A DNA stretch of 64,000 nt from an uncultured Planctomycetaceae bacterium (GCA_963833985.1 CAWIAD010000001.1:2816001-2880000), one strand, 5' to 3'. Shown: positions 33,864-44,272, numbered from the stretch's first letter. The notes: generated by a model not told the origin, from the letters alone. Numbers and translations: made by a program.

Positions 33864-34031
33864 TCATAGAGCCCACAATGCATGTCCTCTTCCGCTTCAT
33901 AGAGCCCACAATGCATGTCCTCTTCCGCTTTCTCCTCTTCCGCTTTCCTCTTCCGCTTTCTCACAATGCATGTCCTCTTCCGCTCCTCCATGTCCTCTTC
34001 CGCTCCTCTTCCGCTTTCCTCTTCCGCTTTC
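33864..34031 (+). repeat. Pyrimidine-rich nested tandem repeat
   Basis: Eight copies of ctcttccgct; 33-bp unit tcatagagcccacaatgcatgtcctcttccgct present twice. Confidence 0.85.
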
Positions 34032-34104
34032 TGCATTTGCTTTAAACGGCCGGGGACTGATGCCGCGACCACGCGCCGGGTTTCGGCCCATCACAGCTTG
34101 CCCT

Positions 34105-34464
34105 TTACAGACCCGGCCGCTGCTCGATCTCGGCGGGGTGCTGTTTCTGGTGACGCTGCTGCGCTTCGCGGGCTTGATCGGGGAACTCTTCAATCGTCCA
34201 GAGGTAGGCGGAAGCCGTGCGATCCGGGTTGTGCCGGCGCTGCTCCCAGTGCTGCAAGGTCTTGAGAGGGATTCCGTAAGCGCGAGAAAAAACCGCCTGG
34301 CTCATGCCAAGTCCTTCGCGGATCGCTTTCGCATCGGCAAACTCAATGACCGTCGCGCGGCCTTTGCTGGACTCGCCGTTGATATGCGCGACGACTTCCT
34401 CCATGCCTGCAATGAGCTGCTTGTCGAATTCCGTAAGCGAACCGGTTTTCTTGCTCATGGTCAT
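34105..34464 (-). CDS. HigA-like XRE HTH antitoxin
   Basis: AKAIREGLGMSQAVFSRAYGIPLKTLQHWEQRRHNPD; overlaps the upstream toxin stop. Confidence 0.85.
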   Translation of the reverse strand: MTMSKKTGSLTEFDKQLIAGMEEVVAHINGESSKGRATVIEFADAKAIREGLGMSQAVFSRAYGIPLKTLQHWEQRRHNPDRTASAYLWTIEEFPDQAREAQQRHQKQHPAEIEQRPGL

Positions 34465-34732
34465 TTCTCCTTCTGTTTCGCCTTGATGCTGGCCTTTGCC
34501 GCCTCTGCCAGCCTGGCGAGGATCGCCATGGCGGCGGGTGAATGGCTTGCTTGCGCGGCCTTTGCATAAGCCATGAACAGGTAGAGAGGCGCCGTCTCAT
34601 TATAGTAGTAATAGATGACCCGCGCTCCTCCGCGCTTCCCCATGCCGGCCCGGCCCCACCGTAGCTTTCGCAATCCGCCCGTGCCGGGGATTTCCTCACC
34701 GGCAAGCGGGTTGCGGGCGACGTAATCCTTCA

Positions 34733-35654
34733 GAGGGAGTTCGGAAACTTGGGTGGTCTGGACAGATTTTCTGAATTGAGCAGAATCTTCTCAGGGGAAG
34801 GGTAGTCATCGAACAAGGGCGGAGCCCGATCATGGACGAGCGCACGACGCGGAAGGCGTATGAGAGCGATCTTACTGACGAAGAGTGGAGGATTGTCGAA
34901 CCGCTCCTTCCTGCAGGGAAGTTCGGCGGCCGGCCGCGCACTACAAACATCCGCGAGGTGCTCAATGCGGTCTTCTACTTGTTGCGAACGGGATGCGCCT
35001 GGCGACTCTTGCCCCACGACTTTCCACCGGCGGGCACAGTCTACGATTACTTTCGAGCGTGGTCCCGTGACGGAACTCTCCAACGAGTTCACGACATTCT
35101 TCGTCGACGGGTTCGTGTTGCAGCGGGCCGAAACGAGGAGCCCAGCGCGGCGTGCATTGACAGCCAATCGGCAAAGACAAACGAGCAAGGGGGGATCGAT
35201 GGATACGATGCCGGGAAGAAGATCATGGGGCGCAAGCGTCACATCCTGGTGGACACCATGGGGCTGATTCTGGCTGTGGTCGTTCATTCGGCAGGTATCC
35301 AGGATCGGGACGGGGCGAAGGCAGTTTTCGATGCGATCAGGAACGACCTGCCACGGCTGCAGTTGGTCTGGGCCGACGGCGGCTACGCAGGCAAATTGGT
35401 GGAGTGGGTCAAGAGCGAGTGTGGTTGGGTCCTGGAGATCGTGAAACGAACGGACGACGTCAAGGGTTTTAAGCTCCTGCCCCACCGCTGGGTCGTGGAG
35501 CGAACCTTCGCCTGGTTGGGACGGTTTCGCCGAATGAGCAAGGATTATGAGTTCCATCCAGAAACGTCAGCGTCAATGATTCATCTTGCTATGATCAACA
35601 TTATGGTGCGTCGGCTTGCTGCTGCCTAAACCGCGCAACTTTCCAAACTCCCTC
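34733..35654 (+). mobile_element. IS5 family insertion sequence (IS1031-like), 922 bp
   Basis: TIRs gagggagttcggaaacttg / caactttccaaactccctc (17/19 match); 3-bp TCA target duplication at 34730-34732 and 35655-35657. Confidence 0.93.
34832..35629 (+). CDS. IS5 family DDE transposase
   Basis: [59 protein letters not shown]. Confidence 0.95.
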   Translation: MDERTTRKAYESDLTDEEWRIVEPLLPAGKFGGRPRTTNIREVLNAVFYLLRTGCAWRLLPHDFPPAGTVYDYFRAWSRDGTLQRVHDILRRRVRVAAGRNEEPSAACIDSQSAKTNEQGGIDGYDAGKKIMGRKRHILVDTMGLILAVVVHSAGIQDRDGAKAVFDAIRNDLPRLQLVWADGGYAGKLVEWVKSECGWVLEIVKRTDDVKGFKLLPHRWVVERTFAWLGRFRRMSKDYEFHPETSASMIHLAMINIMVRRLAAA

Positions 35655-35902
35655 TCAGAGCGTCAAGCTCGGCCGCGGACCATAGCGCCGCCGCCTGCTT
35701 GATGAAGGATTCCGTCTCGATGACGGTGTTACCGATATTCGATTTCATCGGACAACTCTACTCGGATTGAGGACAAACGACAAGGAGGCGGGACGATGGC
35801 GCCATCCACGTCGGCGGATGTTGCCACGCACATTCTCAGCCGATCGCAGATGAGCGGCCGATCTTCGTGTGTTGCAGTCGCCTGGTTTAGCGCTGGATCC
35901 TG

Positions 35903-36015
35903 CCGTGACGGCGTTCCGGTTCAGGGGCTGGTCGGGCTCACGCCCGAGGTTGGTGGCTCCGCCCGTCCGAACCACGGCCTGACGACCGTGGTCACCGTTG
36001 CCAGGCTCACGTGCT
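35903..36015 (+). repeat. 113-bp direct repeat, copy 2
   Basis: Matches 33566-33678; its 3' half recurs at ~36247-36307. Confidence 0.85.
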
Positions 36016-36023
36016 CCCAGGAT

Positions 36024-36238
36024 CTAGTGTCTCCGGCCATAAGTAATGCCCGAAATTGGCTGAGTCCAACGAAGAGCTACGTGATCATTCTTGACGGCAA
36101 GCTGAAGAGCGGGGCTACACAGAAGCCTGTTTTCCCTGGGTTTTCACGACCTGCAGAATTGACCCTGGATCATCAGTACGGGCAGAATCCACACTTGAGT
36201 CTGGATTTTCAGGCATTACTTATGGCCGGAGACACTAG
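36024..36238. mobile_element. MITE-like non-autonomous element (~210 bp) inserted at CTAG
   Basis: tctagtgtctccggccataagtaatgcc (36023-36050) is the exact reverse complement of 36212-36239; no transposase inside; AT-richer than the flanks. Confidence 0.8.
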
Positions 36239-36391
36239 AGATGCGGACCACGGCCTGGCGACCGTGGTCACCGTTGCAGACTCACGTGCTCCCAGGATTC
36301 AGAGATGATTCACGCGTTTTCTCTCTGGTGGTCCTTGTGACCCTGGCCGTTCCATCGTCCGCTTTCACACCGTGTTCCCGACGGACAGGTT

Positions 36392-38231
36392 TCAATGGAT
36401 CTGGCCTGTCGCGGGGGCGGGAGCGAGGGCTGCGAACAGCTCGGGGAGTTCTTGCTCGTACCGCTTCCAGCGGGCGAGCGAGCTCGTGTAGAGCGGTTGA
36501 CGGACCTGTGCGCCGCTCACCGTTCGAACCGGCCGTTGCGTGTGATGGAAGTCAAGACAGGCCGGGTCCCAGTCGAGGCCCAGGACCGCAAGCAGGCGGC
36601 GGGCCACGCCTTCCAGGTCGGATACAAGCCCCTCGTAGTCGACCTCGTGGATCGTTGCCGGCAAGACCGTCCGCCAGTGGTTCAGGAGCCGGAGGTAAGC
36701 ACCGAAGCTGGCGGCAATGTGGCCGGGGTCGCTGGCCCACCTGATGTCGCGGAAGTCCGCCGTCCAGCAAGAAAAGCGCCACATCCCGGAGGTCGCGTCG
36801 GCAATGAATGATGGTGGCGGCCGGGAACATCGCGGCGATCAAGCCGAGGTACAGATAATTCTCGGGCATCTTGTCGATGACACGATCGGCGCGGGCGTCG
36901 GACCCGGCCTGGAGCCGGGCGGTATAGGTCCTGGCCAGGCGGTGTACGATCGGTGCGTCGAGGAGGCGGACGCAATCGACGGGCGCGGCGGTGGACTCCA
37001 GAATGGTGGGGAGCGAGTCAAACAGCCGCCGGCACAGCAGAAGTTCCCCGGCGCCATGGATCCGGGAGTGGCTGGCCAGGACCTGTTCCAGCAGGGTCGT
37101 GCCCGAGCGCGGCAGGCCGACGATGAACACCATCTGCTTCGTGTCCATTCCCGATCCGGCGGTTCGCGAGAAGAAGTCCGGGCCGAACGCGCGGATCAGC
37201 CCGTCCACGAACCGCTCGTGCTCGGCCGGCTGGAAGCAGAGATGGGCGGGGGTCAGGGCCAGGTTCAAGGCGTTCGCCTCGCGCAGGCAGGCGACGGCGC
37301 GTGAGTATTCGCCGCGCGCGTCGTGGACCTGGCCCAGGGCGAAAAGGAGGCGGATGCGAGAATCTCTGCCTGTTCCCGGGTCATCAAGCCTTGCCCGGAT
37401 CGCATCGACGTCGTCGTCAGGCAGCGTGCCACGAAGGATCCACGCCAGCCGCGCACGCGCCCGGTCGTTGGCCGGCTGAAGACCGAGCGCGGCCCGGAAA
37501 GCGGCCGCGGCCTGATCGAGGTGGCCTTGCTCCTGGAGGAACTCACCAAGCTCAACGCGCGCCTCGGCGGAGTCAGGCTCGACCGCAACCGCAGACAGGT
37601 AATGGGCCGCGGCCTCGTCCGGCCGGCCCAGTTCCCTGAGTGCACGACCAAGTGCGATGTGCGGGCGCGCCCGGTGGCCAGGGCTGAGCGTGAGCACGCG
37701 CTCCCAGCAGCGAATTGCCGGTCGGAACTGCTCCAGCCTCTCGTGCAATTCGGCCAGGTGTTCCCAGAATTGCGGGCGATCCGGTTCCAGCTTCGCGGCC
37801 CTGGACAGCAAGGGCCAGGCCTTGTCGAGCCGGTTTTCCTGGAGGTAGACCAGGCCGAGGCTGGCGTGGGCCGCAGCCATGCGGGGGGCGAGCCGGATCG
37901 CTTCCAGGTACGCACGCCGGGCCTCCTCGAGCCGGCCCGCAGCTCGAAGGGCGTTCCCAAGGTCATTGTGACCCTCGGGAAAGTCCCCCCGGAGCGACAA
38001 GGCCCGGCCGATCAACCGGGCGGCCCCGGTGTGATCTCCCTGCTGGTGACGAGCAAGCCCGAGGAGATGCAGGGCCCTGTCGTTCGCCCCGTCGCTCACG
38101 ATGACTTGCTCAGACAACGCGATGGCAGCCGGCAGATTCCCTGCATGGTGGGCAGCCAGGGCGGCATCGAGGTCGGACGTCGCCCCGCGGGTGATGCGGC
38201 CCCTTTCGAGTTGCAAGGCTTGACCATCCAT
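36392..38231 (-). CDS. TPR-containing sulfotransferase family protein (frameshift near 36770)
   Basis: N-terminal TPRs; FIVGLPRSGTTLLEQVLASH, DKMPENY; YEGLV..VRTVSGAQVRQPLY C-terminus in a shifted frame. Confidence 0.88.
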
Positions 38232-38493
38232 GATCGGAGACCGGCTCCTCCAGCCGAGCGACGGTCCTGGCCATCCGGGACTGCCTCCCGCGTTCGGACC
38301 AGGGCAAGGATCTTAGTCGACCCCCGTCCGAGCGCGAATGGCAAAGCGACGCGACCCATCCCCCGAGGATTCAAAACAGGGATGGAACCGGAACCGCATC
38401 TCGCTCGAGCGAGCTATCCTTCCTTCAGGTGCGGGCATCGCGGAGGCACCCCTTCAAGAAAGCCACCGGCACGAACCGTTGAAGAGAGGTCCC

Positions 38494-38727
38494 ATGAACC
38501 TGAGCCTCCCGAACATCCTGATCATGCTGGTCGGATCAGGGGTCGGCTACGTGTACCTGAGCTGGGCTCGTACGGAGTCGGATGTTCCTCTCGCCGTCTC
38601 GGGCCTCGCCCTGATGGTCTACAGCTACTTCGTCTCTGCGCTGGTCTGGCTCGTGCTGATTGGCGCCCTGCTGGCGATCGCGCCCTTCGCCTACAGACGC
38701 TTCCCCTGGGGCAAGGCCAGGGGGTAA
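38494..38727 (+). CDS. Small membrane protein
   Basis: SD-like gagagg; 77 aa with 2-3 hydrophobic segments. Confidence 0.55.
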   Translation: MNLSLPNILIMLVGSGVGYVYLSWARTESDVPLAVSGLALMVYSYFVSALVWLVLIGALLAIAPFAYRRFPWGKARG

Positions 38728-38791
38728 CGGCAAAGGCGGCCCTGCGAGTGTAGTTGTCGTGTGCCGGTCAACCCTGGGGATCGAGGCGCTC

Positions 38792-40180
38792 TCAGACCGA
38801 CTCGCAGACCGCGTTGATCTCGTCGAGGATCTGCCGCATCGTCTGGGTGCGGTTGCGGGGGTCGGGCTCGAGCATGGGCTGGATCAGCGAGCGGAAGGGT
38901 TCGGGAGTTTCGGCCGCCAGGCCGGCGGGGTCGATCGAGCGGATCTGCTCCAGGACCTCGAGCACATGCGCGGCGGGGAAGGCCGACTTGCCGGTGGAGA
39001 GCTCGTACAGGACCACGCCGAGTGAGAAAACGTCGCTGGCGAAATTGGCCGGCTCGCCGCGGGTTTGCTCGGGGGCAAGGTAGCGCGGGGTGCCGAACAT
39101 CCCCTCGCTCGATTCGGCAAGGCCCAGTTCGTCGGTGTCTCCGGGGTTGAGCGGGCGCAGGCGGCGGAGCCGGCGGGCCAGGCCGAAATCGAGGATCTTC
39201 ACGATGCCGTCGCCGCTGACCATCACGTTCTCCGGCTTCAGGTCGCCGTGCACGATACCCGCCTCGTGCGCCACGGCCATGCCGGCGGCGATCTGCCGGC
39301 TGATCGAGAGCAGGCTTTCGAAGGCCAATAACTCACCTCGCGGCAGGTTCGAGAGCGGCTGGCCGGGCACGTACTCCATGGCGATGATGGGCACGCCCGC
39401 CGTGTCGTCCACCGCGTAGATGACGCACACGTTGGGGTGGTTGAGCGCCGCCGCGGCACGGGCCTCGGCCAGCGCCGTACTGGGTGTCACCGGGCAATCA
39501 GGTTTGAAAACCTTAAGCGCCACCGGCCTGTCAAGCTGGAGGTCGCGCGCCCGGTACACTCTGGCGAAGGTGCCCGAGCCGATCTCGGATTCAACCAGGT
39601 AATGCGAGAAGAAATGCCCGGGCTGGAGCGAGGCGTACGGGTCCAGGTGCGACTGGTCAGGCATCCAGTCCTCACGGCAGAGCCCGCCCGATTGCAGGGC
39701 CATGAGCACGCGCAGCACTTCCTGGCTGCGCCGGCCCACACTCAGCCCGTGCACGACCTGGTACTGCACCATCCCTTCCGGATCGATGAGAAAGAGGCCC
39801 CGTACGGCGATCTGCTGGCGGACCTGATAGACGTGGTAAGCCTGTGAGACGGCACCGTCGGCGTCGCTGGCGAGCGGGAAGTTGAGGCCGCCGAGACCGC
39901 CGCGCGCCACGGGAGTGGCCATCCACCGCTCGTGCAGGTCCACCGGGTCGCAACTGACGCCGAGGATGTCGCACTGGTGCTTCTCGAACTCGTCGTAGCG
40001 CTGGCTCAGGCTCATCAGCTCGGTCGGGCAGATGAGCGAGAAATCACGCGGATAAAAGAGCAAGAGCAGCCAGCGGCCGCGGTAGTCTTGCAGCGCGACA
40101 CGGGTGCGAGACGGATCCGGAAACCGGGTGCACGGCAGCGCAAACGCGGGAGCGGGGTTGCCGATCAGGGTCGAAAACAT
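38792..40180 (-). CDS. Peroxiredoxin (AhpC/TSA) - Ser/Thr protein kinase fusion
   Basis: FYPRDFSLICPTE, RGLFLIDPEG, GRRSQE, then GSGTFARVY, VALK, HGDLKPEN, DFG, APE, DVFSLG in one frame. Confidence 0.9.
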   Translation of the reverse strand: MFSTLIGNPAPAFALPCTRFPDPSRTRVALQDYRGRWLLLLFYPRDFSLICPTELMSLSQRYDEFEKHQCDILGVSCDPVDLHERWMATPVARGGLGGLNFPLASDADGAVSQAYHVYQVRQQIAVRGLFLIDPEGMVQYQVVHGLSVGRRSQEVLRVLMALQSGGLCREDWMPDQSHLDPYASLQPGHFFSHYLVESEIGSGTFARVYRARDLQLDRPVALKVFKPDCPVTPSTALAEARAAAALNHPNVCVIYAVDDTAGVPIIAMEYVPGQPLSNLPRGELLAFESLLSISRQIAAGMAVAHEAGIVHGDLKPENVMVSGDGIVKILDFGLARRLRRLRPLNPGDTDELGLAESSEGMFGTPRYLAPEQTRGEPANFASDVFSLGVVLYELSTGKSAFPAAHVLEVLEQIRSIDPAGLAAETPEPFRSLIQPMLEPDPRNRTQTMRQILDEINAVCESV

Positions 40181-40322
40181 CGCCGGGTTCTGGTTCCAAA
40201 TGCAGAATAGACAAGGTCTTGAAATCGGCGGGGAGGCCGTTTCGCGACCGGGACGGCCGCGTCTTGGAGGCTGCTGGATTCTAAGCAGCAAGGCAAGCCC
40301 TGCCCAGACCCGTTCGCTGCAT

Positions 40323-40958
40323 TCAAAAGCCGGCTGGCCTTTCCACCTCAGCGAGTTCCCCCGTGAGCCGCAGCAGGTGCTCGCGCACGTCCGGCGGCCA
40401 GGCGGCGATCAACTCGCGAAGGCGGTTCAGGTTGGCGGCGAAGAGAGCGCGGGTGGCTTCCTCGAAATCCGGCAAGTTCCCGGCAATGGCCGCCATGAAG
40501 CGGTATGCCGATTCCTGGATGCCGCGGATGCGATCTTTGCCCTCGTTGGCGCGGCGGGCTTCCTCAACCAGCTTGCGTAGGGCAACCGACGCGCCGCCGG
40601 GCTGCCCATTGAGCCAGTTCCAGTGGCGGGGCAGCAGCGTCACCTCGCGTGCGACGACGCCCAGCTTCGGCCGGCCCGGGCCGCGCGGCGGTTCTTGCGC
40701 GGGCGGTTGGTTCTCGGCAGCCGGTTCTGGTGCGGGTGCGGGTGCGGGGTGCTCAAACCGCTCCAGGACATCCTCGATCGTCCCACGGAAATCCACCTCC
40801 AGCTGCTCGCTGGTGGCGTCATCAAAAATCAGGACCGGTTCCGGGCCGCGCCGGTCGATGACCTCCTTGGTTCGCCTGGCCACCGCGCCAAGCTCGCCTG
40901 AGGCAATCCGCCGGAAGCCCTCGAACGCTGTGCATCGCATCTCAATCTTGTATGGCAT
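40323..40958 (-). CDS. DUF2239 family protein
   Basis: RGPGRPKLGVVAREVTLLPRHWNWL..QPGGASVALRKLV; FEEATRALF. Confidence 0.88.
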   Translation of the reverse strand: MPYKIEMRCTAFEGFRRIASGELGAVARRTKEVIDRRGPEPVLIFDDATSEQLEVDFRGTIEDVLERFEHPAPAPAPEPAAENQPPAQEPPRGPGRPKLGVVAREVTLLPRHWNWLNGQPGGASVALRKLVEEARRANEGKDRIRGIQESAYRFMAAIAGNLPDFEEATRALFAANLNRLRELIAAWPPDVREHLLRLTGELAEVERPAGF

Positions 40959-41240
40959 CGCCGTCGAACCTCGTTGTTCAAGTCAGACGCCCATTTTGCC
41001 CGGATAAAACCCGGAAGTCAAGGAAGATGCCAGACCCATTCCCCACGGAACGGGTGTCCGCGGTTCTGGACCTCTGGAAATCCATGCACGCCAAAGAAAG
41101 AAGAAAAAAGGAGGAAACCACGAGCCCCGTCCGGTAGGATGGTGTATCTTGGTCTTGGATCAACGCGCACAGGAATCGACAGCGCTGGCAGGCGCGAAAG
41201 CTGGACGGGCTTCGCACGGCTGGCAGAGGAGCATTGCACC

Positions 41241-41444
41241 GTGGCATCCATCTCCCAGCAGGTCGAGGAGCGGGTCCGGCAGGCGACCCACGGAGCGATC
41301 CGACAGCTCGTCGTGCGTGAAGAACGGGGAAGAATCCTGCTTCAAGGGCGTGCGCCCACGCAATATACGAAGCAGCTTGCGCTCTGCGGTGCCCTGCAAT
41401 TCGTCTCGGGCGAGCAACTGCGCGCCGAGATCACGGTGGGCTGA
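41241..41444 (+). CDS. Small BON-like domain protein
   Basis: IRQLVV..ILLQGRAPTQYTKQLA pattern. Confidence 0.6.
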   Translation: MASISQQVEERVRQATHGAIRQLVVREERGRILLQGRAPTQYTKQLALCGALQFVSGEQLRAEITVG

Positions 41445-41499
41445 CGGCTCCAGGCACCGGATGTGCTTGTGATTCGCCTGGGGAGGGCGAATCGGGGTC

Positions 41500-42375
41500 A
41501 TGGCAGAGCCGCGGAAGGATGCGAACGGGCTCGAAGCGGCAAGCCAGATCGGGCTGGCCGCGGTCGGGACTTCCGGTTTTTCCTATCGCGACTGGAAAGG
41601 GGTTCTTTACCCCGAGTGGCTCCCCACGCGGGACTGGTTCCACTATTACGCCACTCGCTTCGCCACCGTGGAGATCAACCTCACGTTCTACCGCCCGCCG
41701 ATGGCGAAGATGCTCGAGCGCTGGAGGACCTCTGCTCCGCCCCGTTTCGCGTTCGTGCTCAAGGCCAGCCGGGTGATTACCCATGAGCGCCGGCTGCTGG
41801 GCTGCGGGGACGACCTGGAGCGCATGGCGGCGAGCTACCAGCCGCTCGGCGAGCAACTGGCCTGTGTTTTGTTCCAGTTGCCGCCGTCGCTGCGGCAGGA
41901 TCACGCGCGGCTGGAGCCTTTTCTCGCCGCGACCGCGGTCCACTTCGAGCGGGCCTCGCTGGCGCCGCGGCTGGCAATCGAGTTCCGGCACCCCAGCTGG
42001 AACACCCGGCGCACGCTCGATCTCCTGCTCCGGCACGGCTGTGGCCTGGTGTTCCATGACATGGAGGACGCCGGAGGCTGGCACTGGCGCGATGGCAGGC
42101 TGACGGCAGGCGAGCTGTCGCTGGGCGTCGCGGAACTGTGTGCGCTGCCTTCACCCTTGTTATACCTGCGTTTCCACGGCACCACCGGCAAGTATGCCGG
42201 CGAGTACGGCCAGGAACGGCTGGAACCCTGGGCACATCTGGCGCGGAGCGGTGCCGCGCGGCAGATCCCCGTGCACGCCTATTTCAACAACACGCAAGCC
42301 GGTGCCGCGGTGCGCGACGCGTTGAAGCTGGGGGAGATGCTGGGACGCGAAGGGTCAACTCCGCATCAATTGTAG
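41500..42375 (+). CDS. DUF72 domain protein
   Basis: VGTSGFSYRDW, TVEINLTFYR, LFQLPPS, EFRHPSW, YLRFHG, YFNN. Confidence 0.92.
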   Translation: MAEPRKDANGLEAASQIGLAAVGTSGFSYRDWKGVLYPEWLPTRDWFHYYATRFATVEINLTFYRPPMAKMLERWRTSAPPRFAFVLKASRVITHERRLLGCGDDLERMAASYQPLGEQLACVLFQLPPSLRQDHARLEPFLAATAVHFERASLAPRLAIEFRHPSWNTRRTLDLLLRHGCGLVFHDMEDAGGWHWRDGRLTAGELSLGVAELCALPSPLLYLRFHGTTGKYAGEYGQERLEPWAHLARSGAARQIPVHAYFNNTQAGAAVRDALKLGEMLGREGSTPHQL

Positions 42376-43349
42376 TAGATGCCGTCCTCGGCCTGGCGTT
42401 TCCGCTGCCGCGGGGGATTGGCATTGGCGTCCGCGACGGCGGCGGGCGGTTCCGTGCCGGCGCGGGGGATGATGACGGGCGCGGCGTCGTCGATCGGGTC
42501 CAGGCCGGTGACGAACTGGAGGTCGTTCATCGTCCGCTCGGTGCCCACCAGGCTGGCCGTGACCTGGTCCACCTGTCCGGAGATGAACTGGGGGTCCTGC
42601 CGGTTGATCGCCATCTCGGTGATGGAGCTGATCTTGTTCTCCAGCCGTTCGATCTCGGCCTGGACCAGCTCAGAGTTGTCACGCGCCTTGTGCAGGTTTT
42701 CCAGCCGGCCGCGGCAGGTTTCCAGGTTGTCGACGATCGTGCCGCGGATGGACAGACGGGGTGAGCTGCCCGCGGTTTCGTCGGCCGGCATGCGCGCCAG
42801 CCGGTCTTCCAGCCGCCTGATCTCGTTCTCGATCTCCGCCTCGTTGGTCCGCTCGAAGAAGCGCTCGAGCATCGTCTGCGTGTACACCAGCCGCAGGTAG
42901 ATCCAGAGCAGCCGTTCCAGCCCGGAGAGCTGCAATTCCTCGAGCGGTTCGGGCGTGGACTCGACGGAAAGTTCCTGGGACGCCCGCATCTGGTGGGCAA
43001 TCTGCCGGAGAGCGAGGCAGCGGTCGCGCAGGCTCTCGAACCGCCGGAGCTGGCGCGCGGGAAGCGACTTCAAGATGCGGTCGAAGGCCTCGGCCACCGC
43101 CACCGACCCCTGCTGCCGGGCCGACTTGTGCTCCTGGACGTCAACATAATGCTGGAATTTCGGGTGTGTGCCGATGAGGCCCAGATAGGCGGCCTCGCCG
43201 GCCATCACCAGGGGCACGAAGACATCGGGATGACCCGAGATCGCGGCAAACCCGATGCTGCCCAGGAAGGCCAGCAGGTTCCAGTGGTTCAGGAACGCCT
43301 TCTTGATGTATTTTCCCAGGCCCACGGTACTTGGTTTCCTCTGGCTCAC
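42366..43349 (-). CDS. Hypothetical membrane-anchored coiled-coil protein
   Basis: Two N-terminal TM segments and a long heptad-rich region; overlaps the ABC ATPase stop. Confidence 0.7.
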   Translation of the reverse strand: MSQRKPSTVGLGKYIKKAFLNHWNLLAFLGSIGFAAISGHPDVFVPLVMAGEAAYLGLIGTHPKFQHYVDVQEHKSARQQGSVAVAEAFDRILKSLPARQLRRFESLRDRCLALRQIAHQMRASQELSVESTPEPLEELQLSGLERLLWIYLRLVYTQTMLERFFERTNEAEIENEIRRLEDRLARMPADETAGSSPRLSIRGTIVDNLETCRGRLENLHKARDNSELVQAEIERLENKISSITEMAINRQDPQFISGQVDQVTASLVGTERTMNDLQFVTGLDPIDDAAPVIIPRAGTEPPAAVADANANPPRQRKRQAEDGIYYN

Positions 43350-44272
43350 GTCCCGGCGCGCTGGCTTTCCTCGAGCTCGCTGATCAGGTCGCGCAGGTAA
43401 TAGACCGTCTCCTGGAACCGCGCCTGGCGCTGCATCTCCTTGGAGGGCCGGTCCGAGGGTTCAACCTTGAGCTCCCGCAGAATTGTACCCGGAGAGTTGC
43501 TCACGACGTAGATCCGATCGCTCAGGAAGACGGCTTCCTCGATGGAGTGCGTGACGAAGAAGACCGTCGCCTGGGTCTGCCTCCAGAGGTCCAGCAGCAG
43601 GTCCTGCATGTTCATGCGGGTCATCGGGTCCAGCGCGCCGAACGGCTCGTCCATGAGGATGATGCGCGGCCGGAGGATGAGCGTCTGGGCGATCGCCACG
43701 CGCTGGCGCATGCCGCCGGAAAGCTCGTGGGGGTACTTGTACTCGTCGTGCTCGACGCTCAGTCCCACGCGGCCGATCCACTGCCGGGCCAGCTCGTAGC
43801 GCACCGTTCGCGCCACCCCCTGGCACTCCAGTCCGAAAGCGACGTTGTCCAGCACGTTGCGGTGATCGAAGCTGGTGTAGTCCTGGAAGACCATGCCCCG
43901 GTCCGGCCCCGGCCGCTGGACGGGCTGCCCGAAGACGAGCACTGTGCCGCTGGTCGCGGGATGCTGGGGACGCAGGCCCGCAATCAAACGCAGGATGGTG
44001 CTCTTGCCGCAGCCGCTGGGCCCGAGCACGCCCACAAACTCGCCCTTGTCGTCCAGGTCGGGAACCACGAAAGTGACGTCGCGAATGGCGGTGAACTCGT
44101 TGGCTGCGCCGGGGTTGTAGGTCTTCGTCACGACGCGGAACTCGACGACGTGCGGAGGCGTCGCCTCCTCGGCCTTCTGAACATGGTCGAGCACCTCGCC
44201 CATGCCAACAGCAACCTGCGGCGCGGGGCCGGGCTTCTGAGTGGCCGCGGGATCGCCGCTGGACGCACTCAT
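43346..44272 (-). CDS. ABC transporter ATP-binding protein (NitT/TauT type)
   Basis: GPSGCGKST, LSGGMRQR, MDEPFGALD, VTH. Confidence 0.93.
   Translation of the reverse strand: MSASSGDPAATQKPGPAPQVAVGMGEVLDHVQKAEEATPPHVVEFRVVTKTYNPGAANEFTAIRDVTFVVPDLDDKGEFVGVLGPSGCGKSTILRLIAGLRPQHPATSGTVLVFGQPVQRPGPDRGMVFQDYTSFDHRNVLDNVAFGLECQGVARTVRYELARQWIGRVGLSVEHDEYKYPHELSGGMRQRVAIAQTLILRPRIILMDEPFGALDPMTRMNMQDLLLDLWRQTQATVFFVTHSIEEAVFLSDRIYVVSNSPGTILRELKVEPSDRPSKEMQRQARFQETVYYLRDLISELEESQRAGT

Larger units (their letters stand above)
34461..35748 (-). pseudogene. RelE/HigB-like toxin gene disrupted by an IS5 element
   Basis: Removing the IS and one TCA gives 120 aa: MKSNIGNTVIETESFIKQAAALWSAAELDAL|KDYVARNPLAGEEIPGTGGLRKLRW..GKRGGARVIYY. 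Confidence 0.9.

Noticed and set aside
33584..34072. 162-aa ORF with EEDMHC repeats
   Set aside because: It is a translation of the low-complexity repeat and REP DNA, with no coding support.
33400..36310. Integron cassette array
   Set aside because: No integron integrase in the window, and I could not identify attC R''/R' boxes in the repeats.
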